Origin: Lingula anatina
Taxonomy: Eukaryota; Animalia; Brachiopoda
NCBI GenBank assembly: GCA_051362555.1
Contig: CM120641.1
Span: 36,152,401-36,216,400, forward strand
DNA: 64,000 nucleotides
Direction: 5' to 3'
The notes beneath the pieces were generated by a model. It was not told the origin of the DNA. It ran no database searches and saw only the letters and a list, made by a program, of their open reading frames with translations. The translations under genes were made by a program, and so were the position numbers. Positions 37,633 to 50,387 of the stretch are shown here, piece by piece; position 1 is the first letter of the stretch, and every line of letters starts with the position of its first letter.

Positions 37633-37854
37633 TTAGAGTCTTTTATCATAGATAACAGTTCTTCTGAGCACAGAAATGACTTATCATTAATAACCTTGTA
37701 CAGGATAGAAATTTTTAAAATATTTAATTTGTAGTTCTAATTTACAGTAGTAAATCATGCTTGATTTTTAATTTGCCAAATATGCTATTGATCAAGCTTT
37801 TTGCTTTGGTAATGACCCATATTTAGGGTTGAGTTTTTTACTCCAATATCACAG

Positions 37855-40800
37855 CTAGTAGTCTCCTTCAAAGTCATGAACTATAATATCTTCATAGTAT
37901 TCCTCCTTCGCAGTAACACTACCTGATAAAGAGAGATTCAACTGTTTAAAGCATGACAAGACCAAAATCATATTCATGTAGATATAGATACGTGGAACAC
38001 AAAGTAAGTTGTGGTTAAATGAAAACAAAGCAACAAAAATAGCCATAGACATCATCCAATTTATACGCCAGAATAACAATATTTTTGCAGACAAATAAAT
38101 ACACAACATGCAGTGTACATGGTACTGTAATCTTGTTTGCAAGTTTGATTTATTCAAGAAAAGTTCAAGAAAAATATGATTTTAAATTTTGATAGCTGAC
38201 TAGTACAAGAACATTAAGAAAAGCACGTGAAGGATATGGTTTGAAAACTTGTTGATTAAGAAGAGATTGTAAGTGCATTTGCAGTGTGTTAAAGGAAACT
38301 TACTGTGCTTTATTATGATTCTGAAAAGAACAAAGGAAAGGGTTCAAGCAATATGTATGTCTCAAGGTAAAGTGTCCTTTTACAATGATAATTTGACTTA
38401 CAACACATTCTACTAAGGAAAGGAATGATTAAAATAATAGTGCAAAAAGAATTAGTGAAATACAGAAATATTTATAAATCTACTTAAAGCGTTAAGACAG
38501 ATGGTCTTCAACCCTTGCCAGAATTTATTTTCTTAATTACTGATAAAACCTACAAACAACAAAACTACCCTAAAAGGCAGTAAATGTCACCTATGTTTTG
38601 TTCTTGATTTTTTCCCTGTAAGGCAACAAGGACTCTCAATCCTTCAATTTCTTGTTTCAATTTGTGGTATTCCTGCAATCAAGTTGAAAATGTGCACTTC
38701 AAAGTTCACGTGAAGGTTTCATTAAAAAATTAATTGAATTTCTACAAAGGTGGCACTTTTTTTTCACAAAAAGAATGTTATTCTAAGAAAAGCGAATTAA
38801 AGGAATAAAAATATAAGTACTACTGACAACTGATTTTTATAATATTCTTTTTTTTTTCAAAATGAAAAAAAAGACTGCATTGGGCACTGGTTTTGTAAGT
38901 GAAAAATATACAATTGATCCCAGGAAACCCTTGAAGGGATAAAGCAGACACCTTGAATGCTCTTGTTTTTATGCTCAAAAATAGTACAAACAATGGATTT
39001 CATGCTACCTCCCCCTTAAAAAATGATCAGTCTATAAGTTTTAATTGTTATACATGTTAAGCAATATGTTAAAAAAAATGTTACAGTTGCTGTTCTTGTA
39101 CCAACTTCTTAATTTTGTATGGCCTTATCTACCTAAAGCATGCAACCGATGTTTGGTTCATATGAGACCTCCCTGTTTTAATTACAAAGCCATTATAAGT
39201 CTTTATAAACTTACAACAAGACACTTATCCAAAGTATCCAAATTTTCGCTGTTTGTTCCATCAGTTTCTTCTCCATTATGAGCACTATCTTCCTTCGATA
39301 ATGATAGGTGGACTTTTTTTGACATATAAAACCCTGCTTCTTCAAATATGTGCCTCAATTCTTTATTGTATCCCTAAAAATGTTCAAATATTAAAATATT
39401 ACTATTACAAAGGCAGTTTACATGGGCCAGGGATGACACTGAAAACGTTGGAAAACATGGCATGGGGGTCAGCAGGTGCCTAGGCCAATTATGTTTTTGG
39501 CTCACAAAAAGTTTTAAATCTGCCTATAGTTCGAAAAATCTCATCCCTGCTAGGCACCTTTAAAATATGTAATTAACAGGTATTATTACAATTAAGCAAT
39601 CAGCATACAATGGATAATTCAATTTCTCTGCCACTGCCACTGAAAACAAAGACAATATGGCTTCACATTCTTCTAAATACAAACACTAACAATATGAGTT
39701 TGAACATTTGAATTAAAACTATAATGCTAAATCAAAATTGTCAACCTTTGACGTCACTTCCTCATTGAGAAAATCTCCCTCCAGCAGGTTCCACTTCTCC
39801 CTGAGCTCAGGACTCAACACTGGGTACACCAACATTGAATGGTCATGACACACCAGTGGCGTGGAAAAGTTTAACAAGTATTTACAGGTCTCTGGCTCAG
39901 TTACTTCAGAGATTTCATTTGTTTTGCCACAATGAAAAATTACCTGAATAAAAAAGATATTGTTTAGTGTGAAAGATATGCATGGTGTTACTTCATTTCT
40001 CTTTTTGTTGTTGTCTATAAACATAAAGGATATAACTGTATGTTCTGTAAGTTCTATTACATTGGATATTCAATCTTTCTTGGCACGTTGAAAAGTACTT
40101 GAAATTTTCACTTATTTTATTCATTGAATTTAGTGTTAATGCTTCTTAAATCATATTGTTTCCCAATTTTCTCTTTTTATGTTTAAGAGATTGTAAGTAG
40201 AATTAAAATTTTAAGTTAAGTTTGAAATTTGTCTTACTTTTACAGATCTGTGCAAGTCTCCACAGTCATCACCATTTTTCATTAACATGGCAATAAATGT
40301 GTTGTTTTTAATCTCCCACTCTTCCCAAATTCTGAAATCAAATTCTTAAATTATGAGTAATCAGGAAAATATTCAACAATGTAAATATTCACTTTCAAAA
40401 GCCATGCACTAAACATCAAATTTCCATAAAGCTGAAACTTGCCCTCATAATGATTACAGATAAATGGATAACAACAGTTCGTTTGGCTAAAACTTTCCTG
40501 GGGTATGATTTTCCCACATATGGCTTTTTTCTAAAAAGTTTTTTTTTTTTTTTGGTAAAAATCTTGTTAGAGATTATTACCAAGGTATAGCCATTTTTGA
40601 AGGTCCACATGGTCTGATGGTAAGCCCTCATTCCAGAATAATTGGTGTGAGAACTGCTGTTTAGGTGGGAAAATGAAATTTATTATATTTCTACGAGTTG
40701 TTTACAATATTTTTATTGTGATTCTCATATGAACAGCTGTTATTCCTTTGAATTTAGTATGCTGAATATATTGTCCTTACCCTAGAATTCCACTATATGG

Positions 40801-42215
40801 GTTCCACCTTAATGCAAGTTCATGCTGAGTTAGGTTGATAAATGGGCAGAATTCATATCTATAACTGAAAAATGAAAGGCAACTTAGTTATAAAATGATA
40901 TTAAAAAGAAAAAATCAGTAAGAAGTTTATTTATTAAATTAACTTCATCTAGATGCAGTGTTGTATAATCCAATTGTTTTTTATTGGGCCATCTTGCTAT
41001 GAAGCATCATCTTAAATTACATTTGACTGAAAAAATATTCAAAAATTTACCCAAGCAATGAATTAAATAGGTATATTAAACTTTAATAAAATTTCAAACA
41101 TTTTGTAATTAAAACTTATTTAAGATACATTGAGATGGTACTGATAAATTATATACAAAAACATGATGTTTACTTTTCATCTAATTTTTCAAAACATTTT
41201 CCATAAAGTCTTTTCAGATGTGGTGGTCCTGAAAAATTGGCAGGTTTCACCTTTGGAGTAAGTGAATGAGTTTGAGAATCTTGACCATAGCTGCTTCTGA
41301 AAACGTAAATTATTTAATGGTATCAATAACTTCATAAAAGTATGACTCAATGGAATATATGAAATCAGGAAGAAGTAGCAATGTAAACCTCATGGGAAAC
41401 AGAACTAAATTATTAATCAAAAATAGTAGTATTAAACATTGAATGCAAGTGCATGGATAATTTCTTATCAAGGAATATTTGATTTTTTGTGAATATTTCA
41501 GATAGGATATCTATAATGTGTATATGAAATATAATAAGCCATTTCTAGTCTACAAAGCAGTATATAAAATCAACCAAAAACAAACATCTAAATGATATGG
41601 TTCATGTTTTTTACCCAAAATTTGATGGCTCTTCAACAATTTTCATAGAGATCTTTTCTAACTGTCCCCCTGAAACAACAAAAATAAAGACGTCTGTATT
41701 GAAAAATTCAGGCTGCCAAATTTCAACAAAAATAGATGCAAAAATTGGTGTTACAAGTAACAATATGTTGACTTTCAAAACATTTAGAAACACTAGATAA
41801 CAAACATTTTATATGTATCTGTACTTATGCTTTTATTCCCCAAACAATTATTTGGTGTAAACATGAAGACAAAAATAAAATGTCGGTTGAAGGCTTAGCT
41901 AATAGGCAATTTCTCCCAAAATACAAAACATTCTATATTTCACCTAAAAATTGGCCAAATTTCTTAATTAAACGAATGTATATTTCCGTTTCAAATAAGA
42001 CACCTGCACACCCCCCCCCCCCCCATAGTATTATTGCACCTCCCCTTTTGCATAGAAATGGGCTGATGCTTATGCTTTTGTAATGATATTATCGAAACCA
42101 GCAAGAAAATTGATATTAACGATATTATACTTAAACATTTAAGCCAAGGGCGATTACCTTTAAAAGATAAATATAACACAAATATGCACAAAATTGTATT
42201 CACATCCTGCGCCAT
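37855..42215 (-). CDS. GNPTG: N-acetylglucosamine-1-phosphotransferase subunit gamma (MRH domain), multi-exon
   Basis: Signal-peptide exon [19 protein letters not shown], then [98 protein letters not shown]...LVYPVL, collinear with human GNPTG. The 3' exons and stop are less certain. Confidence 0.92.
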
Positions 42216-42910
42216 CACGTCACCTTTTGTTGATATCTCGCATGTTCACACGCTCTAGGTGAGTTGTCCAACCTGTTAACACGAGCCAATATGAAATATT
42301 TAGGTAAACAACACGCTTTATTTTGTACAACCAACTATTCGTTGCCTTTGTGGGATCTTTTGGTCGTAAGACTGTCCATTTTTTAATAACTTAACAAGAT
42401 AATCACGTGACTGAAATTCGGTATCCAAGATGGCAGCGCCCATGAAAATCACACACATCGTATACTGCCGTTGCAATCACGTGCGCTTGCTCGTTTACTA
42501 GTTACTGTTCTGATTGCCCGATCCCTATTATTCACTCTAGCATAGACACGGGGAAAATCCTCTTTTCAGCAAATGACATAGAGTACTGCCGACGGTAAAT
42601 CCCCAAATGTTTTTAATGACACTAATTTGACAGGTGCCATGTCCTTACGGCTTATCTGTACCAGTACATTAACCTTAGACTAGTGACTGTGTCTTTCTCG
42701 ATGCTTACCACATTGAAGGACTTTTTGGCTTGTCTGTCAAATATAGAGATGAAGAAATTGGGCTTGATCCAGAAATGGTTGCATTTGAGCTTGCATTTCG
42801 AAATCGGTTGCTTGAATTTAAAAGTTTGATTTAAAGTAAAAACATTTGGCTGATGCATTTACACATGTATTTGATTTGAGTATATCCTTTAGTTTTAGGT
42901 ATATGAAAAA
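42216..42910. promoter_or_regulatory. Probable bidirectional promoter region GNPTG/TSR3
   Basis: Divergent ATGs about 700 bp apart. E-box/CLEAR-like TCACGTGAC at 42403-42411, YY1-type CAAGATGGC at 42426-42434 and a second CACGTG near 42478. Confidence 0.65.
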
Positions 42911-45400
42911 ATGCCTGGAAAGCACAAACATGGCAATAAACACATTGCCTCATCAAACAAGCGCAATCAGCAGAGACACAAGAAGTATAGTGAAGACAGG
43001 TTCTCTCAGGATTTGAGAGATTCTTTGGATGGTAAGTTAATTGTAAAAGTCACAGTGCACCAGTCTGTTTCAAAGGGGTGCATCTCAATAGTTTAAAGGT
43101 TCTTTGAGACACAGTACATAGTGTAATATAGGTGTTCTACTAATATATGCACATATCCAAAAGGAGATTTGATATTGAAAAGGATTTTCTTTGGTGCTGT
43201 TGAATATGTCTTTAATATAAATTTTCTTACAAATAAATCTATCTTCAGACCAACAAATCTTTTGAACTAAAAACCTTCTAACTTTCTTATCAGTTTCAGA
43301 CCTATTAATCTGGTATTTGTTTTAACTTGTACACTTGTGCATGTTCTGTTCTATAAGACACAGAAGAGCCAACTGGCCATGTGAAGTTCCCATTCCCAGT
43401 AGCCATGTGGGATTTAGAACATTGTGATCCAAAAAAGTGCAGTGGAAAGAAACTGTCAAGACTGGGATATGTTAAGACACTTCGTTTGCAGCAAAGATTC
43501 AGTGGAATAATATTGACACCTATGGGGACACGTTGTGTGTCTCCAGAGGATAGGTGATTGTTCATTTTATTACTGATTCAATGCCTTGTTAGATTTGATT
43601 ACGTTATTTAGACTCCATGCCATGTACATGACATGTATTATTTTAAAATCATGTTGGTTTTGATAACTATGCACATTACAAAAAAGTTTCAATTCACCAT
43701 ATTACTTTGTAGAATGAATTTCCCTGGTTTTTCAATTTTCTTATCACAATGTTTCCAAAAAGGTTACAAGAATATTTTGTAGTGTCTGTATATAACACAT
43801 TTAGAAAGCAAGCTTGTTTTGAATTTTTTTCTTCATCTTTTAACACATGGAACTTTTCATTCTGTGATTGCTTTTATTTCAATCAACAGGCAAATCATAA
43901 CTGATCATGGTCTGGCTGTTGTTGACTGTTCTTGGGCTAAGCTTCAATCCACACCCTTCAGTCAAATGAGAGGAGGTCATCCTAGGTTATTGCCATATCT
44001 AGTGGCAGCAAATCCCATCAACTATGGAAAACCATGCACTCTGTCTTGTGTAGAGGCATATGCTGCTACATTGTACATTTGTGGTAAGATACAATTTATT
44101 TCTTTATTCATTTGTTTATTTTATTTTATTTATTAAAAATGTGTAAAGAATTTAAAATGTGTAAAGAACCAATGAAGAGTAGTAATGAAAAAAATTCATT
44201 TTTGACATCTTTGATAAGTGTAAGATACATTAATTATATTGACACCCTTCCAACTTGCCCCTGAAAAAAAGGTAACATATTTGAAGAACAGTCATCAGTC
44301 ATCTTCTTCATTTCCAGGTTACAAAGATTTAGGTTCAAGTCTCCTCAAACAATTCAAGTGGGGCAAAACATTTTTTGAGATAAACCAGGATGTTTTGGAC
44401 ATGTATGCTGCCTGCAAAGATGGTTCAGAGGTTGTAAAGGCCCAGCAGGAATACTTGGAGAAAATAATGGCTGAAGATAAAGAGAGGGTTGATGAAGGCA
44501 AGTGTAGTTCTCAATGAAAAAGTGTGTTTGTGCCCTTAATTAATTGTGGATGAGACTGACTGACAAGTCTCCACTGGTTTTGAAATACAACTTCTGCAAT
44601 AAATAATTTTCCCTTCTTGTTAAAACTGCTGATAGTTGTTTGCACAGGGGGATTTGTTTTGTTGCAATATTTGTTAAGGTTACACTGGATGATATTCATG
44701 ATATTGAAATAACACATACATTTAATTTTCCAGATCCATTTGATATAGACTTAAGTAAAGAACACTTCAATCCCAATCGGGACTTTCCTCCTTCAAGGTA
44801 AACATATATATTTTAAGCAGTAGCCAAACCTGATTTGGATATGATGATGAGAACTAGGATTAAGTGAAATACAGAGATAATGGATTGTAATTTTTTGTTG
44901 GGGAGGGGGGATCTTTGGTATGCGCTAGAATATTGGAAGCTCAGAATAATTTAGTTATTACAATTTTTTCCACAATCTTGTTTAAGTGTCCTTTGACAAA
45001 AAAGGATAGTTTAGTTTTGTCATTTTTTTGAAGTTATATTTTAGCACTTTTGTAATTAAACTTGACCGAAACACATAAAATAAATGTTTCTCTTCCTTTC
45101 AGCTCTGAAAGTGAGGAGGACGAGGAGGAGGAAGAGGAGGGCAAAGAAGAAGATGATGAAGGCAATGACCCCATTACATTTAATGAAGATGTTCAAAAAT
45201 GTGGATGTGCAGGAACTATTGAGGAAAAAATTCTGCCAGCAGGGACAGACAGTGATGAAAGAAAGTACAATGATACATTAGAGAACAGACTTCAGCAAGA
45301 CACGCCTTCTACTGATGCTGCCTTGGATACTTCAAAGGACTCCTCTCAAGAGGCCATGGGATCAGGAGCTGTTGGCAGAATAAGCTCAGACCCACATTGA
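42911..45400 (+). CDS. TSR3: 18S rRNA aminocarboxypropyltransferase TSR3, 6 exons (42911-43031, ~43358-43553, 43890-44083, 44319-44497, 44734-44797, 45103-45400)
   Basis: [82 protein letters not shown]...NPNR and an acidic tail. Confidence 0.95.
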
Positions 45401-46274
45401 CAGGCTTGGTGCATTCACCTGTGTCTAAAGAGATGGATGATAGACCAGGTCTTTGGTGGTGCTGAAAGGGATAAAATGGAAGAAAGAATCCATACCTACA
45501 GTGTATATTGTACAATCTAAATTTGAATTAAATATGTTGCATTTAAGTTCATTGTTTCACATTGTTTTCTTGAATATGGTGCTGTAGTAATGCATAACAA
45601 TAAGTGAAATGTCTCAGCTTCGAAGTTGTGCTGAATTAGATAAATGTGAAAAAATCTTCATATATGATTAACTTATACTGGAATGGAACATGGCGGTGAT
45701 GGGGAGTGGGGGGGTTCTCGTGTATAGACTGACTGCATGGCAGTTTGGGTGAAAAAGCTTTTTACTGGCAGGTCCAGGATGTCAAGAGGAGCTTTATCTA
45801 TAAGGCTCTTATTAACTTTCTGTTCAGGGTGACAAAATTGATACATTATGTCATTAGGTTACAAATGCTATTTGATAAAGTTAATGAAATAATAATAATA
45901 AAGATTTTGTTTTGTTGACTTCATCTTTATTTTGTTTTATAAAGAAATTTATACGAATATAAAATTTCCTAAGGATTATTCGCTAAGAAGACTAAACTAC
46001 CTGTTTTAACTTAATTTCTTTGAAGTTGCATACAGTGCTGTCATTTATTAAGCTGTGTGAACCGCAAGTATGTTCATTGAAAATTTATGTATTCGTCATG
46101 CATTGCTGAACAGCCAAAGTACTAGTTACGTAATACAACTTTTCACCCATCCAAACTGAAAATTGCCACTTGATGTCTTTAACTTTTTGAAATAATTGTA
46201 TGAATGAAAAAACTTGGTAGAAGGTGAGAATGATTTAATGTCGTTTTTTAAATATTTTTTTTTTTTGTCTCTAC

Positions 46275-46611
46275 AAGGTTAACTCTTCGTTTTGGTGGGA
46301 AAATGCAATATAACTGATTTTCTTGGGGAAAACAACGGTGTTCCCATACTTTCCAATGGCTAATGAATCTGTTCTGACATTCAAAGTTAGTTGATTGTTT
46401 TTTAAGTATGTAATAAGTTTGTAATAATCTCTACGGAAAGAAGCCATCTATGAACGCCCACGTGTTACGATGGCAAGAACAGATTTCAGAATAATTGCGG
46501 TAACCGCCGTTTTGATAGTAAAATGGAATTTATTATATTTCAACATGTATCTGTTGTTAACAATGTATTTATTAGGAAACTATTAATCTCATTTGAAGAG
46601 ATGTTATCCCT
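46275..46611. mobile_element. Kolobok-type MITE, copy 2 of 3
   Basis: Ends GATGTTATCCCT|TTAA and shares internal blocks with the other copies. Left end degenerate. Confidence 0.6.
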
Positions 46612-48200
46612 TTAAATGATATATTGGAGTCGTGCAGTGCATTGTGCTTGCTGTAGCTGATGCAAGGTTCGAAGTGCTTCGTTGAAGTCGTTAGTAATGA
46701 AATACGAGCTCACTGTTACCGTGGATAAAGAAAAAACAACAACAAAGTCTGTTGCTAACAGTATGGCAGTTTTATGGTGTAATAAAACAATCTACCCAAC
46801 AATTCTCCTATCTAACGGAAAAGGGGGAAAACATCCCGTGCCAAACACTTCACCTGTCTCTGACTGAAATACATCAGTCCGAGAAGTGTACTGTTAATAA
46901 GATAGTGGTCACAAATCTTAAACATTCGACATACAACCGAACAAGCAATAACAAAAGTGTCGTTCACGATATTCCAGACGGTTTGTATTTTATACAAAGG
47001 TACATCGATCTAAATTAAATCTTAAGAAGAAACGAACAATATATGCTGACAGTGATAGTAAGGTTTATGCATACCCACAGGTATCGTGTCCATAGTACAT
47101 CTACAAGTATATATGTGAAATTGCTAACGCTTTATAATACTGCAATAACAACAGATCTCCAACCCAATATTTCTTCGAGGTTAGTAGCCCTCTGTTCACC
47201 AAACAAAAGGATTAATATACCAGTGTACGGTAGGTGGTCGCATATTGTGGATGACGTCAAAACACCGTCAGAAATCCAAGCGGGAGGTGTAAGTGCCTAG
47301 ATAAAATATACGCATCTGGCAAAAGTGCCGTGCGCGTTTATAATGATAAAATCTGTGTGAGTTCCTAAATAAATGTACAATTCTGGTTTAAGGTTGTGTA
47401 CTAATGAGAATTAATGAGAAACACATTTACGTTACCATCCATCATTTGACATCATGATATAAATTACCCACAAAATCACTTTTATCTCGCTCCTTATCTT
47501 TTACCCCAAAAGAATGAAAAAATCTTAATGTTTGATCCAGTCTGTGGGACAGCTATGTAGAAATTCAAGAGTGTCTCATTTCGTTCTCTTCCATAATCTT
47601 TTCCGTGAAAGAGTGTAAAAAGTGGAGCCACAAGTAACACGACATTGACTTTAAACTGCAAATAGAATTCACCAGCGTTTGATTTGATCCTCTTCGTGTA
47701 TTTTGACTTATTAGAGAGTTTTTTTTTAAATAAAAAATATGGACTAAGATTTACATTAAAAGTCAGAATCAACCCCTGTCCGTTAAGGGTATCACAAGCG
47801 TCAAACAAATGAGAATATGATAACAAAACCCAGACAGGTGAGCCAGTCAAGATAGTTGCTATATATTGTAGGCGTGTTGATTAATATGCACGTGCCACCG
47901 TTTTTAGCGGGAAACATCCGTACATTCTATAGGGCCTCGCATACTTATACTAGATCGACGTCAGAATCGGAAACAAATCTTCCCGTATAGCTGCCTGGAA
48001 GTATTTGTACACAAAACTTGAGAGAGATCAAATTCCATCCACCTGGGCCTTTCATCCACTGCCGGGAAATCTGCAGTGATTTTCTCTATATAGCTTACAT
48101 TGAATGCAGAACTGACCGGCAAAAGGTTTATACTATATCACAGGTAGCTCAATACTTGTAAAAAGATGTACGGATAAAAGATGTACACCTTAGATTCCCG

Positions 48201-48686
48201 TTAATCTTTAAAGTGCAATCCCTCGTCAAATGAGTCTGCAATGTCGTTAATAAAGAACTCCTCGTCATAGTGAAGGCACCGTGATAAAACAATAGTCGCT
48301 TTGACAGTGACGTCCCCAAAGACGTTTTTAGCATGGCGCTGGAGACGTTCCTTAAATCCCAATCTATATTCCTCTGCTTCTTCAAAAGTTAGGGGACGCG
48401 ACATAAAGGTGTGCACGTCCCTGCCACCTTCGACGTAACGCCATATAATTTGCTGTGCCTGAGCGCTGGTCATTCTCCCAGCAACCAAAGGTATAGCATT
48501 GATTAAGCGAGGCAGTTTCTTGAAGCAGCTCTGTGGAAGCTGATGTTCACCGTATACGGTTGCAAACGTAACGTGCATCAGGTAGCAGTGCCGGTTGTCC
48601 CCTTGGTTCCTATAACAGTTCACTAGCTGGCCTGCCTCTTTGGGGGTGATTGTGAACGGGGAATAAGTTGCCATGATCCCAGACAT
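48201..48686 (-). CDS. Hypothetical 161-aa protein, single coding exon
   Basis: Uninterrupted ATG-to-TAA ORF with globular-protein composition and higher GC than the flanks. No family recognised. Confidence 0.55.
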   Translation of the reverse strand: MSGIMATYSPFTITPKEAGQLVNCYRNQGDNRHCYLMHVTFATVYGEHQLPQSCFKKLPRLINAIPLVAGRMTSAQAQQIIWRYVEGGRDVHTFMSRPLTFEEAEEYRLGFKERLQRHAKNVFGDVTVKATIVLSRCLHYDEEFFINDIADSFDEGLHFKD

Positions 48687-49324
48687 ATGTTGATCCTATG
48701 TTTCAGATTTTTTCTAAAGAGTTAACTCCGAGGATGGTTTCTGAATAAAGTGCCAAGGGCCTCTGTAATACAGCCGCGCTGTTGTGTTATTGCTTCGAGT
48801 TCCAACTGGACTTCTGAACAAATATAGCGGGAGTTTCCAGTATCGAAATAACTCTCACAGCTAGGGCCAGGTATGCGTTGTGATTGGAAGGAGCTGTACG
48901 CAGTTGCTGTTTCAGCGCCCAATCGATTACTGCAGGCATTCTGCTAAATCTAAGATTTATATACAGGTTTTACATATTTGAACAGCCTTTTGTTCCATTG
49001 AGTAAATCTTAAGTGTGGGCATACACGAACGAGATAAAGCAGGGTCCCACACCGGCAACTGGACTTTTCAAAGGGCTCAGAAATCAAAACCCGCGTTGAA
49101 CAGGTGAACACCTTGCAGTGGATTAAAAAAATATCGGAATGCACTTGACTGACTTTCTTTAAGAGTCGGCCAGCGACATTGTTTTGTCACCATTACACCC
49201 ATGACTTGCTCTCTGGGGCTCAACCTGACGATGAAAACAATCTAGGTCTTGGTTTCGTCGTAATGTTTTCTCGTTATGTAAATACCTTTCACCAGATAAA
49301 TGTAACTTTTGTTATGTTCTGAAT

Positions 49325-49530
49325 GTAGTGTAATGTAATGTAATGTAATGCCATAGAATGTATTATATTGCATTGCATTGTATTGCATTGCATTACATTT
49401 TGCAAATTGCACTGCATTGCATTATATTATGTTATGTTATGTTATGTTATATTATATTATATTATATTATATTATATTATATTATATTATATTATATTAT
49501 ATTATATTATATTATATTATATTATATATT
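49325..49530. repeat. Compound pentanucleotide microsatellite (TGTAA, TTGCA, TTATG, TTATA)
   Basis: Direct reading; explains the spurious IILYY ORFs. Confidence 0.95.
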
Positions 49531-50387
49531 GAGATTGTATATAACTGTCAGTCATTATTATGCCGGTGTGCCAGGAATTGTAGTCCGGGAATAAAGTCCG
49601 GGGTGCCTTGCGATTATTACAGGTAAGGGTAAGTGGAAGTATTGGGGTTAGTATATGGGGCGAATGCCACCTTTACAAAGTATTGGGGAACCAACTACGC
49701 TTCTTTGCGGACAACCATTCCAGCACTTTTTAAGTTTTCCGAAAGTGAAAACCCAAATGCGACAGAGGTGCTCAGTAGTCATGCCATCACGTCAAAACGC
49801 AATTACCCACTTGATGAATGCGCTGTACGTGTCATTTGCACCTGTAGGCCTGTGGCGCTGACAGATTTTCGATACATTATCTTTCTGAAATCAAATTTGA
49901 TTTTCTAAAGTATGTTTACATAACAGTGGATCCATTGTAATATGATTAAATCAACGCCATCGATTGTGGCTGAAGAATTGTGTGAATTTGCTGAGGGCAG
50001 GTCAAGCGCTATGGATATGAATGTTTGTTATTCCACTTGGGCGCCAACATCAAAATAGCGCTCAATATCTGTATTAATGCACCCGAGGAATGACAAACAA
50101 GCCCCCTAAGTAAAATGATCCTGGGCAAATAATATCGGCCATTGATTGTATGCTTTCGTGCGTGAAGTACGGCGTAAAGGGCCGTAGGTAGCACAGAGAA
50201 ATAGGAGCCACACAAAAGATGTGTTGCTAGCGCGGTGTTGTTACAAGCTGAAGCTTGAAGCAAAGGACGGTGTACATTGCAGTTAAAGATGGAGGAATGT
50301 AAAAAGAGACCAGAATATTGTAAATATTAACACAGATTCGACAGAGACTCCGGAAATTGGGGTCCCATAAGATGGTAGTGTTTTAGT

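Noticed and set aside
49358-49626. ORFs with IILYY repeats
   Set aside because: Translations of a pentanucleotide microsatellite.
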